In this document: positions 12,041 to 25,000 of the stretch, piece after piece | Numbering within the stretch: the first letter of the stretch is position 1 | How the letters are laid out: each line of letters starts with the position of its first letter | Assembly (NCBI GenBank): GCA_040954595.2 | Contig: CM082592.2 | Location: forward strand, 1,984,001 to 2,048,000 | Source of the DNA: Balanoglossus misakiensis | Taxonomy: Eukaryota; Animalia; Hemichordata | Reading direction: 5' to 3' | Length of the DNA: 64,000 nucleotides | Made by a program: the position numbers and the translations under genes | The notes under the pieces: model-generated | The model's input: the letters and a program-made list of their open reading frames with translations, nothing else | Database searches by the model: none | Told to the model about the DNA's origin: nothing

Positions 12041-15000
12041 GGCAGTAAGAAAAAATAGACTTACTGAATGGCTCGCTTTGATGAACCAACCGGCGCCCAC
12101 GCAACAAACACGGTCAACAACAGTCACACCACAATGCTATTTCCTTACTTATGGAAACTTTTAATTATTAAAACTAAAGCATTGATAAATATAACCTGAT
12201 TGTGCACTGAAAAAAACACAAAAATAAGTGACTACCTTAAATGTGACTAGGTGTGGAAATAAAAGACTAAAGTCCAATATTCCGTTCCGACGGCGAAGTT
12301 CAGTCCGAGTAGCGCTCTGGCAAAAATCCAGCGGTAGACAGCACGGCTTCCAGGTGCGGCTACCAGACCAGTACAACGTGAGACGGTACCAAAAGGAGCA
12401 CGAGCCCGATAGGCTTGTGTCCCTAACTATTAAGTAAACACCTGGCGAACGCGAGTACAGACAGGTTAATCAGATATACGTGTGGGAGGAGTCAATTGAT
12501 TTGTCATAAAATCTACTCGACGCATTTCTAGTCGTGGTAAACCGCGTCACCAAACCCCAAAATTCATTCCTGGGCACAATATGAAGAGCCGTCGTTGCTC
12601 CGCGTTTGTCGCCCTGCTCATATTCGCCAGTGTCTTGGTGGGCACCGAGGCATTCTACGCTTTGCTGAGTAAGTCCGAAAGCCCACAAGATGACCACACT
12701 CATTACACAATGTCCCACGAAGCCTTACTGACTGTAGTGGCCAAATATCTGGAAGGCAACCCTCGGACAGGAAGTTCCGTACAGCCCGGTGATTTAGTCG
12801 GACTCGATCCGTTGACGTCGTCAAGTCTGTGTACAGCCTACTATGGGGGGGGGGGGTGTATTCGTCTCCTTTTCTATCTCAAAACCCAGAAATTTAAATG
12901 CATTGCTGTGCACTTGATAGATAGCGAATAACTGCTAAAAAACAGCCCCTGACTTCTCAAATCCCCGTATGCTCGCATTAGTGGATGCGTCATGGTGAAT
13001 TACTTTATAATGTGTCAATATCTTATTCTCAATATGTATCTTTGTATCAAGTAAATACATTTAATATGAAATTAAGCTGGGCTTTGAAATCATGTTCAGC
13101 ATTTTCGCGCACGGCGATAGTCCTGTATTCAGGCAACGGTGGGCTGAATAAACGGGTGCGGCACATTCCACTTGTTGCTGTGAACAGCTGGGTGATTGGG
13201 GAAAGTTGTTTGCTTCAGGATAAATAAGGAAGATATGAGAGGGGGGTAAGTGCTAAAGCCGGCTTCTTGGTTTCCCATGTTACATGTTAGCATGTACGTT
13301 ACATCTAGCTCCATACACATAACACAATAGTGTGACAAAAGTGTCAGAAATACATACTCACATATAAATTAATATTCTTATTTTCTTCAAAGAGGGACAA
13401 GTTTCTGCCATACCCTTAGAAGAAGCTATAGAAGAAATGGTCGACGGCAATCTGAATGTCGATTTCTATGAATATTCATCTCCAGAGGCGCATGTAAATG
13501 CAGAAAATTTCAAAAAAGGTAACAAGTATTTAAGCGAACAATATCCGGGAATATCCCCATAAGATTTTGTGTGTGTCTCAAAATGTGTTTCCCCTTTCTT
13601 TTATATTTTGAACACAAAATGAAGGAATGATTTCAAACAATAAACTGCTATACAAAGTGAATCTTAAAGTTCATAACTCGAACAAGAAAGACTTAGTGGT
13701 TTGCAATAAAGAAATGAAGTCGACACGGTCGTACAAACTTACATTTGTTTTTGTTTTTTCTCGAGAGAGTAGCTATTTCATTTACACAAACTTTACCGTC
13801 ATGTAAATTCTACCTGTGGTGTAAATATCATTCTCCTGATAGTTGATTCATATGGCCTTAATTTGTACTAGTAGTGATTACCATTTATTTTTATTTGAAA
13901 ATGTACATTGTCTGTCATATTTTGGGGTACATCGTAAATGTTACAATATTTTTTCTAGTTTGACACAATTTACTGTAAAATACATTGTGTCAAACTAGAA
14001 AAAATATCCAATGATTAAACCAGCATAACTCTGAACTGGTGATTTCAATATTCATTAACCAATCACACTTTATTATTGGAAAACTAACAGGTAACCGTCG
14101 ACTTCAAAACACCCGTGACGTCATCATCCAGCTCTTGCAGGAGTCAGAGCCTGACTACTCGTCAGCCAGAAATTTGATTGGAGAATATTTGCATATAGTT
14201 CAAGATTTCTATACCAACGCAAACTGGGTGGAAATGAACGGCCCAGTTGCATACGAAGACTTGGGTAATTGATATACATATATTAAAACATTCCAGAATG
14301 AAATCTTGTGGTTATATTGTATTTGGTGTTAGGCTACACGGGCAGTGGTCAGGTACCGTTGACGCTAACCATGTTCCCCTAAAGGGGCAAACGACATTTG
14401 GGTGAAAGGTTGGTCTTATTCGCTACAAAGTAGAAACAGTCCACTGACAAGTTATTTCGCCGACAAGTTGGGTATTGATTTTTTTGGCATTTATGATTTA
14501 TGCGTAGGATTATCGGGAGTGGACATTCTTCCAGTTACTAAGGGCAACGAATATACGTGCAACGATTGTGACGACAGGTATGTAAGAACAAAATCGCAAT
14601 ATAGACTGTTATTGATACGTGTTGCGTTTCTTTCCCTCTTCAATAGTAAATAATACTGTTAGAATTCGAAGGGGTAAACCCTGGTGAACAAACACAGTGT
14701 GAATACCTAGGTTGTCGACCAACAGTTAGGCTAAGCAGGTGTTCGAGGTGAAAACGCCTTCTAGAAATACGTAGGATAGATCATGATTTATTTTGTCACG
14801 ACCCAAGGAAACTAATACTGCGCCTCCAGAGCTTCTATAAATGGAAATGTCGTAAATACCACAGGGCGGCTGTTTACACAGCTATTTCTTTGTCAGATTT
14901 ATGAAACTCTTACCACTTGATGAGTCACATGAGAACTAAACAGAAGTGGAGTTTAACCCCCTCCTTGTGCTTATTCCTATTCAGTACTGTGATTTATCAT

Positions 15001-15147
15001 CAAGGCGTTAACTTTAAGTGGAACCTTGTATGTGCATGAACAGGGCCATTACATGCGTTATGTACCACAATCCAAAATCACAACACACTTTCATTATCTG
15101 ACTGTGGTCGGCCAAATAAACACGGGAGCATATCGAGCATTGGTTTG

Positions 15148-18100
15148 ATTAAACCCCGGTGCGGGGTATAAAAGACCCCCAAAATCAGTGGCGAATCTTA
15201 ATGCCGTTTGACTGACAACAGACAACACCAACGATCTCGGCTCTATGAAAATCGGCCCAAACAGGTTCAAAAATAAAGAATTACACCACACAACGACAGT
15301 AGTTGGCTTTATAAACACACACAACATAAAGTTATCGACGAAAAAGTACACGAGCTTTTGGGAGAAATCTGGTTTCAGTGCTTTTCAGAAGCGTCCCTGG
15401 GAAACAATAACCACGCCATTCAAACAGTTGTCAATCGCGTGGAAGTGTAAAGTGTTCAATTATTTTCTGTGTACATGAGAGCAATTACACCACAGGGGAC
15501 TGCAAATATGAAAGTTATAAATGGCGAAGTACGTTCTGTTCTGCGTTTTCCCAACCTGTCTTATCATTTGCTAATCCAGAATAAAAGCTATCTATTTCCC
15601 ATTAATCACCTGCTAACGACTTAATCTGTGTGCCCCATCCACGGATTAAATTGATAAAGTAAACATCGGCCAGCGAGTACTGGGTATAACCATGGAGGTA
15701 CTAGAGAGAAGGAGCGAGGACGGATTTAAGCGGATTAAATCCCTTTCTTCTGAAGTGTGATAAGCTTCTTAAGTCTTTGTGTTTCTGTGTCGATAGCGTC
15801 CTTTGAACCCACCGTGCGTTGCCGCCGATTTTACAGTTAGGTTTGCAAGACCTACGGGGTAATATTTCTATGATATTAAAAACACTATGCGCACATCGCG
15901 GACGAGCGTACTACATATGCGTGGTGACTTTTATTTACATCTAGAGGTCAAGTTTACGCATCACCACTACCGGAAACGTGTCAGGCGGACGTCTTGGAAG
16001 ACTTGTGGCGTTATTTCTCTTGTTTGTACAACCAAAAAGTATGATTTTGAAATGAATATTTTGAGTTTGTAGCAATTTTCAGCAAAAAACAACAAGTTCA
16101 TAGGTTTTATTCCCGATGCAAGCTGTTTTGTTAGTGTGGGATGGTGTGGGATGCCCGATATTCACCATTGTAATTGCCAGCGCGGAGACGTTCGGCACAG
16201 CAGTTTGGTCCGGTTGTTTATGCTTAGAGACGCGACGCCAGCTATGAGTTGTTTATCTACGCAAGCGCACAGCTTGAATAAACGCCTATCAGGTGATAAA
16301 ATGTTGAGAGCCTAATGTTATCTGCAAACAGATTAAGACGCACATGGGGTTCATAGGAAACAATAGCGTCCTCGCTCCTTCTCTCTAGTACCTCCATGGT
16401 ATAACAAGAGGAAGGGAGGAAACTCGCTCAAGGCATGTCTGCAGTTTTCTTATACTTAAAAATGTGAGCAGCTCGCTTTGGACGCGTGGAAATTGCTTCG
16501 TTGTCTCAAAAAACGTGACTGGACGTTCACTCGGCGATGTCCAGAGGTCGCCCGTAAAGCCGGAAACCACTTTTGACCTTTGACTGTTTATTTCAAGACC
16601 ACGTGAGCTTCAGAGGTAAACAAATTACCCAAGATACTTTGAGGTTACAGTCGGGTCAAGATTCAAACGCATAGGTTCACGCATAAGTCTATGGTTCACG
16701 TTCGTTCATACGTCCCTGTATGCGGTCACTTGGACCAGTTCTCCGGTCATTTTGCATCAGTTGCACAAACACAGCTAGATTCAAATAGAATGCATATTCT
16801 CGTAAAGTTTTTGGCTCCTTATCAGTAGAATCATGAATATACGGACTTTCATTCAAAGAAAAAAGCTACGAAGTCGACCCCACCTCGGCCGGGAAGTCGG
16901 GACTTATTAGCCCACAGTGCACGCCTTTTCTATGACAAGTCCAAATGACCGACTTAACGGTCTAAAGCAACCCTCCCGATCTACGGGAAAGGCGCGTAAA
17001 TGTTTGTGCCAATTTCGAAATCTGATACATGAACTTGTTCATGATGACTCGACAAGTACTAGAACAGCAATTTTGGTGGAAAAGCTCAAAAATATTGACG
17101 ACAGGCCGACTTTTAAAGTGCAACTCTTGCGTAGCTACCGTAAAATGCGTAGTATGAAGGAAATGAACAATTGTATGCACCTCTTGTTTTCGGGCGATTC
17201 CGCTCAAGTTCAACCCGTACGACGTCGAAACTTCTACCAATTACTAATGAGTATACCCATCAAATACTGCGACTCTTGAATATCGCGTGGATATCGCGAC
17301 TATCACTATATCGCGAATTTTCGGCGAAGTGGCCAGGTAATGGTACCGACCGGATACTGGTCTAGGGGGTGTACACGTTCACGATCGTGTAACGTCGACT
17401 TTTATCCACCTTTCTCGTATTGATTGTACCCACCGATATTCTCATGGAACGTCAACCATATTTCTTTTATTTCATATATGTACAACTACCAGTACATGCA
17501 CTTGTAATTTCGTTTTACAAGAAAGTTACAGCGACGGACGGGCGAATCAGTAAAAAATGTAATTCGACCTGTTTTACCTCTTACAAGTGGCTATACGGGC
17601 CAGTTCATGTGATAACTATATAAATATCGTAAAATCTGAATGTGCCGCCGAACATTAACAGACGCCGCGCCAGGCAACGCGTTCGTAATTCTTCCTGTCC
17701 TTCTTCTGTGCATTAAACTTATACATATTCATGTGTTTAGCTCCCTGTTGATCTATGAATATATGAATATTAAGTGGTTTCCAGCTTTACGGGCAACCTC
17801 TGGACACGCCTTGAGCGAGTTTCCTCCATTTCTCTTCTTTTACCGAGTGAGAACTGACCGATGTTTACTTAATCCACTAAATCCGTGGATGGGGCACACA
17901 GATTAAGTCGTTAGCAGGTGCTTAATGGGAAATGCTATAGCTTGTATTCTGGATTAGCAACTAATAAGGCAGGAGGGAGTAACACAGGAAAAATAACAAG
18001 CACAGAGACTGTTCAGCAAGTACTGTTTATTGGGGGGAAATGCAGGAACTCCGCCATTTATAACTTTCATGTTTGCAGCCCCCTATGATTACACAGTCAT

Positions 18101-18183
18101 TATGCACGACGACCACTCCCAAATAAACAACTATACAAACACACGTTAATCCGAACCCCGGTACTTTCCGCACCGGGGTTTAA
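15148..18183. mobile_element. Non-autonomous DNA element with long, patchy inverted repeats in intron 4
   Basis: ttaaaccccggtgcgg / ccgcaccggggtttaa; 15560-15650 is the inverse of 17878-17968; 15495-15530 is the inverse of 18047-18083. Confidence 0.6.
15689..16400. mobile_element. Nested MITE
   Basis: ~34-bp TIR accatggaggtactagagagaaggagcgaggacg and its reverse complement. Confidence 0.75.
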
Positions 18184-18339
18184 GCTTGTTCACTCTCACT
18201 CCGGCAAGTCCACTTGTGGTGTCCGGAATGTGGGGACACGGAGTAAATTAAGCAAGGTGCCGTGCCTAGTGAAGGTCGTGCATGTCAGTAGCATTATTAC
18301 TGTGGTTAAAATTAGGGGGGAATCCCCACTTCTGTTTAA

Positions 18340-18636
18340 AGCACGTAGCTCGTCTCACGCGCATGCGCGTAAATTCCCAGCAAATGTTCCGTTCGATGCA
18401 TTCAAATAGTGGACTGCCTTCGCTTCCTTCCATATTTCATGCGCACCGTATAAGTACACTCTGGGTTTGTCACTCCTTTTCACCCAAGCTAGTGTCTTTT
18501 CCCGATTTCCGACACATGGTCGCCGCCATCTTCTCTGTTGTTAGGACAGAGCACTGCCTTATGGGATTGACTGTTCACTAAACGTCTGTAACCAGCGGCT
18601 ACAGTTGGAACATGCGTGTGAGACGAGCTACGCGCT
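18340..18636. mobile_element. MITE with TTAA TSD (Kolobok-like)
   Basis: ttaa|agcacgtagctcgtctcac...gtgagacgagctacgcgct|ttaa. Confidence 0.7.
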
Positions 18637-18895
18637 TTAAATAATCACGCAATAGAAGACTCGTGCGTGGTCATGTTGGGGTAAAATGATCAATGCTGTT
18701 GGAGTCAGGTTATTTCATTGCTTTCCAAGCCCAATGATTACAGAACTAATAAATTTCCCCATGAGATCAAAGATTAAAGGTCTTAACCTATTGTGTTCAT
18801 TCATATCCCATAGCTATAGTTTGCATAATATTTCATTTATGACAGTATACCTGGCGACTGTGATAATAACCTGATTATTGAAGCAGATACACATA

Positions 18896-19717
18896 GGCTG
18901 CATTCACAAACACCTCTGGAGGGGGGGGCAGGAGAATTGAGGGGGGGGGGTTGAAAAAATTGAGGGTATGTAAGGGGGGATTTGAAATAATTTAGGGACT
19001 GAAAGGGGGGGACTTGAAAACTTTGACGACTAAATATTTATTTTGAGTCCGCAAAAATGCACTTTCGCGCCCTTTATTTTACAAAATTTTCTAATGGGGG
19101 AGGGGGTGTCCCCCCACCCCCTCCATTAATCAACACCTTTCAATCATTGATTGGTTTATCTAGTGTCCCAGGTCAGGGGACTTGACCCCACCGCATGATA
19201 ACTTTGAGCGGCAACGGTTAAATTTGTCCTCCCGAACATACCGGTAGTTGAGTTATTTTGCTTTTGCCAGGTTCATTAAAATGCAGCTTTGAGCTCTGTA
19301 TTTTATAAAATTTTCTTACGTGAAATCCCCCCCCCCCATTTTCTTTCACAGAGCAAAACACATCACCTAGTATCTATCTTGTAAAAAAAGAAAAACAGCG
19401 CTCCCATTTTTTAAGTATTTGTATTCTGTGTTGGGAGATCACCCCCTTCAATTCTCGGTTTACAATGTCTCCCAACACAGAATACAAATACTTAAAAAAT
19501 GGGAGCGCTGTTTTTCTTTTTTTACAAGATAGATACTAGGTGATGTGTTTTGCTCTGTGAAAGAAAAATGGGGGGGGGGGATTTCAAAATTTTGGCAGTT
19601 CGGAAAGGGGAGATTTGAAATTTGTCGGGTTGTGTACGGGGGGCATGTGAAAATTAGCGGCAAAAAATTGAATTCTCCCGCCCCCCCCCCCCTCCAGAGG
19701 TGTTTGTGAATGCAGCC
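18896..19717. mobile_element. PIF/Harbinger-type MITE inserted in VWA7-like exon 5
   Basis: TIR ggctgcattcacaaacacctctggagggg; 3-bp TSD (ata/tta); sibling at 50300-51097. Confidence 0.85.
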
Positions 19718-21020
19718 TTACCAGTGGACATAAATCGGGACAAGGGACAAAGAAGCCCAGAGGTATTGTTAAAAGATCAAATATCTACTTCGTCGTGATT
19801 TTGTGTTCTATTGGTTGCAAGAATTAAAATATCGTCGGGCAAACGTTCCAACTAATGTTTAAGGCTCGGGTGTTTTATGTAGCTACTGCAGTTTCATGTT
19901 CACATCCCTGAAACATGATGAAATGCCCAGCATTTTGCTTATTAACACAATGTGTACAGTCAGCATTGTTATTGTGCAACATTTGAATTCAAGTCCAGAC
20001 TACAATTCATTTGTCAACAATAACAATGGCCGTTAGATTCATGATGCAGGACATATTGATAAGCTAGCGGAGTACTTGGTATATTAGCATGCTGTATGGA
20101 GTAGAACAAGAAATTGCATTTAGTACACAGAACAAAAATACTGAAATTACAGCCAAAAGATACAGCCTATGTCCCTTTAATGTGAGTGCCAATGTCAAAT
20201 AGTGTTATATAAACACAAACAGGCAAAGACGGTCTGGGAAAGTGCTCGCATGGGGGTGTATATGACAGTACGAAGAGGGACACGGCAACGGGCGGGATCA
20301 ACAAAGAATCACGTGACCTGTCTCTATCTCCACACAACTCGTTACATCAGGATGCAGCAACATCGGCCAAATTTGCCTCCGAAAATTTCTTCCTGGCTGA
20401 CGGTGAGAATATGTTTTATTTACGTTTATAGCAACGGAAAGGGAATCAAAATGTGAAGAGTAATTTCATGGCTTCATAAACATGCACGTCTAAGCATAGT
20501 ATTGACATAAAGCTAAGCATTTTGCGTAACATATATATGACAAGCGCCCATCTATTTTTACCTATGTTCGTTTACTTTTTGCTGACACATTTCTGGTAAA
20601 AACGTTAGAAAACAAGGAAAATGCAATGTTTCTTTCATGATTCTGGCATATAACCTGAGTGGTGGGCAGGTAGTCACATATAAATAAGATATCCTACAAC
20701 TTCGCTTGTTTTCTAACATTTTTGCCACGCATGACCCAATAAAAAGTAAATGAGTGTACAGACGAAAATAGATGAAATATGTATACATGTACATATAGGG
20801 TATGGGCTTCGTTACCATATCAGCGACGAGGCCTTTCTTGAACTTATCAACCTCCGACAAGACAGGTCCAAGTCCCTCAGCATCGCCATGGACGTCACCG
20901 GAAGCATGTCTGACGATATACAGGCGGCCAAAGAGGAATGCTACCGATTGATTGATTGATGAGCGAGTGGGCACAGTTAATGAACCGGCCAATTATGTAC
21001 TGGTGCCATTCAGCGACCAA

Positions 21021-22019
21021 GGTTAGTCTTGTCTGACGGCTTTATGCACACCAAGAGGGTGGCTTACATTGAGCGGCTTCGCCCGTAATGTTTGTTGCTT
21101 TTCTGATGAAATGTAGTTGATAAGTTGGTTAGTTTCTAGTCTGCAGACATGACTCACTGTATCCTTGTCTATGGCAGCCACTTCGTAACCTAAAACTATC
21201 TTGTACATTATTACCGAAATCAGGCGGTATTAAGCATATAATTGACGCATGTTGCATAATATGCAGAATATTGTAGGCTAATCATATAAATGTTACCAAT
21301 ATAGTGTTTTTACCTCTATTTTCTTCAACCTTACGCCAGACTACGGCCCGGTGTATGTCACTACAGATGCTGAAACTTTCAAAGCCGCGATAAGTAATTT
21401 AAATGCAAACGGGGGCGGTGATTGTCCCGAACTGGCGATGTCTGGGACGGAACTTGCCGTACAGCACAGGTTCGTATGTAAAACAAAACCGAAACAGTTG
21501 TGAGATGCATTTAGCTTGAGGTTAGTCTTGTCTGACGGCTTTATGCACACCAAGAGGGTGGCTTACATTGAGCGGCTTCGCCCGTAATGTTTGTTGCTTT
21601 TCTGATGAAATGTAGTTGATAAGTTGGTTAGTTTCTAGTCTGCAGACATGACTCACTGTATCCTTGTCTATGGCAGCCACTTCGTAACCTAAAACTATCT
21701 TGTACATTATTACCGAAATCAGGCGGTATTAAGCATATAATTGACGCATGTTGCATAATATGCAGAATATTGTAGGCTAATCATATAAATGTTACCAATA
21801 TAGTGTTTTTACCTCTATTTTCTTCAACCTTACGCCAGACTACGGCCCGGTGTATGTCACTACAGATGCTGAAACTTTCAAAGCCGGGATAAGAAATTTA
21901 AATGCAAACGGGGGCGGTGATTGTCCCGAACTGGCGATGTCTGGGACGGAACTTGCCGTACAGCACAGGTACGTATGTAAAACAAAACCGAAACAGTTGT
22001 GAGATGCATTTAGCTTGAG
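21021..22019 (+). repeat. 499-bp tandem duplication including a VWA7-like exon
   Basis: 21021-21519 approximately equals 21520-22019; identical ORFs at 21023 and 21522. Confidence 0.9.
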
Positions 22020-25000
22020 AGTTATTGAAAATGAAATTCATACAGATCATCAGCTTCTTTGATTATAGTTGCAAGTACATTAAACTTGTGGTCATTATTT
22101 TCCCACAGTCTACCTTATGATATGGCGAGGAAGTGTGACAAGTTTTGTTGCACAGATGCTTAGCGGAATTTATCTTCAATGTATGAGTTCGGCTGCGACA
22201 AACGGACACCATCATTCCGTACGTTTGTTCGTGTATACACAGTCATGCAGAGTCGATTTCCAGGGAATAGTTGACGGAAATCAACTGTTGCCTGGCCAGG
22301 AAAAAGTATCCGAAACCTGCTAACAGCACAATTCTTTTAGTCTGCCAGGTTCAGATCTGTTCGTGTTTACCGATGCAAGTGCCAAAGACACCAACACAAC
22401 GGAATACGTTCGTGATTTCGCCCTGGAACGAAATGTGCGGGTTACTTATCGGCTGACCGGGACTTGCGGGTATGCTCGCCGATCAGTTGGGTCAATGGCT
22501 CGTGGTCAGTCTCAAGGTAGGGTGTTATTGCTCCACGGAATTCAGTATAAAAGCGTGCGTGCATGGTTTCATAACAAAGAAAAAATGTATTCCTTCTGGG
22601 GCAATTCAAATAAGTAAAGTGTATTCACCTGAAGATGCAATCGCGGATCCAAACAAAGTTTGAAAAACATTTTAAGGTGGCAATGTTAGTGTCAGTGGAT
22701 GGGAATGGTTGATGGCAACTCCCTGACAGAGTAAAATGCCTTGGTCATTTGATCTAAAAACCACCATGATAATCGTTCTGATCTGCTTCAATGCTCTTCC
22801 ATTCAGCAGATCACGTTCCCAGTCGGAGAGAGCACTCTCGAAGGAAGCGCAGTTTAGACGCTTATCGGTCAATTTCCGAGGCGACCGGTGGAGTGGTTCT
22901 TGAAGTGACCAAATAGGAGTTGAAAGGAGCAACGGAGATCATCAACCTCAGCTTTGAAGGAGCCGAAGTCTACATTCTCATCGTCGATTTGACTGGAAGT
23001 GTCACAGTCACATTTCCGGTGGACAACACTGTTTCCCGGGTAGAGATCGCCGTCTCTGCATCGGACGCAACTCTCAGCAAGATAGACTACGCCCTCACGG
23101 ATCCAAATGTTAAATACTACTAGTATTCTGGTTTGTCAACTCCTGTTCATTGGCTTCAAAACTTCATTCGTTGACTGTTTCAGATTGTAATAAGGCAAAA
23201 AGTGAGTATCTGACCAAGCAATGACATTTGTAGAAATCTATTTGTAGAAATCTATAGATTTTAGACTTGGGGTAGACTATATGTTTTAGGCTAAGTCATG
23301 CAATTACTGACAGAAAATGAATCATCTTTTGTTCGGTAGGTCGCGTACGGAATGATTCCACAGAAGTTGTGAATAACGGGGAGGAACTTGTCTTGGTGAT
23401 AAACGCCATCGACGTCGGAGAGTGGGGATTGACTTTGAACGACGACAAGCTATGGCACATTGTCGTCAACGCGAGAAGTCCCATCGACTTTTTATACACA
23501 TTCTACAAAGAAGATTATGCTGGCCAGATGGTACCCCTTCACGGCTCACCAGCGATAGGTACGTGGCTTACTCTTCCAGTTCAAAACTGCCAGCGGAGCG
23601 TAAGTCACAAAATCGGGATTTCCACCCTTCCTTCAAGATAGATGCTTACCACGTTGGCCCAAGTGAGTGTTACAAAGCACTAAAATATAATTGGGTGCCG
23701 ACAACCATCACTGATTTATATATGCTGTGCATTTTTGGTTTGATTTTTCCCCTCCATGGTAACCGTGGCTGGATTTGCATCGAATGACTTCTAAATATTG
23801 TCCAGTTCCATGTAAACTGGTGGAACACCTAGTGCCTAAAACTTAAGTATTCATTCTCCCCGATTTTCCACAGACCAAGAAGTTTCAGTGGTCGTGTCCA
23901 TCACGGGACAGGAGTATGTTTCGTCTGTACCACAACTGATCCTTACCACAAACGACGGTGTCGAGTTTGAGACCGCTATGGTCATGATTAGTGAAGGATC
24001 GTACCGTGCCCAAGTCCAAATACCCAGGGAGGTATGAACATGTGTGAAACATTTTGTTCAGGACAGACAATTAATGCTGTATACCGATCAGCCACATTCG
24101 GCTTCAATAAGGTAGTCAGATTGTGTTTCCTCGACTGGTAAACATCGTATCATGAATGCATTACATCGAGTGCACATATGATTTAGAGTTGTTCCAATTT
24201 TTATAAGGTAGACCCTTTTTGGTAAACGTTAGTATGCAAAGAATGAGTCAAACTCACTTGCATTTTTTATATGCATAATTTTTGTCACAGTTTTCCTGAA
24301 GGATTTTGGAATACAGCTGAGACGGTTGGACAGCGAAGGAGCACGATTCCAAAGAACCAAGTCCGTTGATGTCAAAGTTCAACCAGTAAGCTTGGAAATG
24401 GATAATGGGGTCACGCGTAAGTGTTTTATACAATCCCCACATAACCTGGAACTACTTCTAATAGTAAAATGAAACATTGGAGAAAAATTTGAGAGGACAG
24501 CTGCTGCAAAGATGAAAAATGAAATCATACCAATGAGTATGACGTCATTCTGTTATAATGCGAATAAAAATTGTTGTCTGTTCCATTGGTTTCTCACAGA
24601 TTCCCTCGACCCAGGCGGCATCCCCCTTCAGATTAATTTCACAATACGTAACCATGGCTATGACGCAGGCCACTACTCGGTCACGGCCTAGGAATATTTG
24701 TTCCTCCAAGCATACTTTCCTGAAAGAGTTGAGATTCCAGCAAAATCCTCTTTTGCTGGTTATATGATAGCCGCCGTCTTGAACAACGACACAGAAAGTG
24801 GTACAATCAGGTACGACACAAAATCATATAGAATTCCATTTTGCAGAATGTAGCAATACTCCAGTGTTTATTTTTTTCTCTCCGAGGAAACATTAGGATA
24901 CAACACGTATGCATCTGCAGTGACAAGTGTTGTTTGAGAAAGAAATAAGCACGAACGTTAGGATTTCACCTTGTATACCCTTAATAGACTAGGCGTACTT

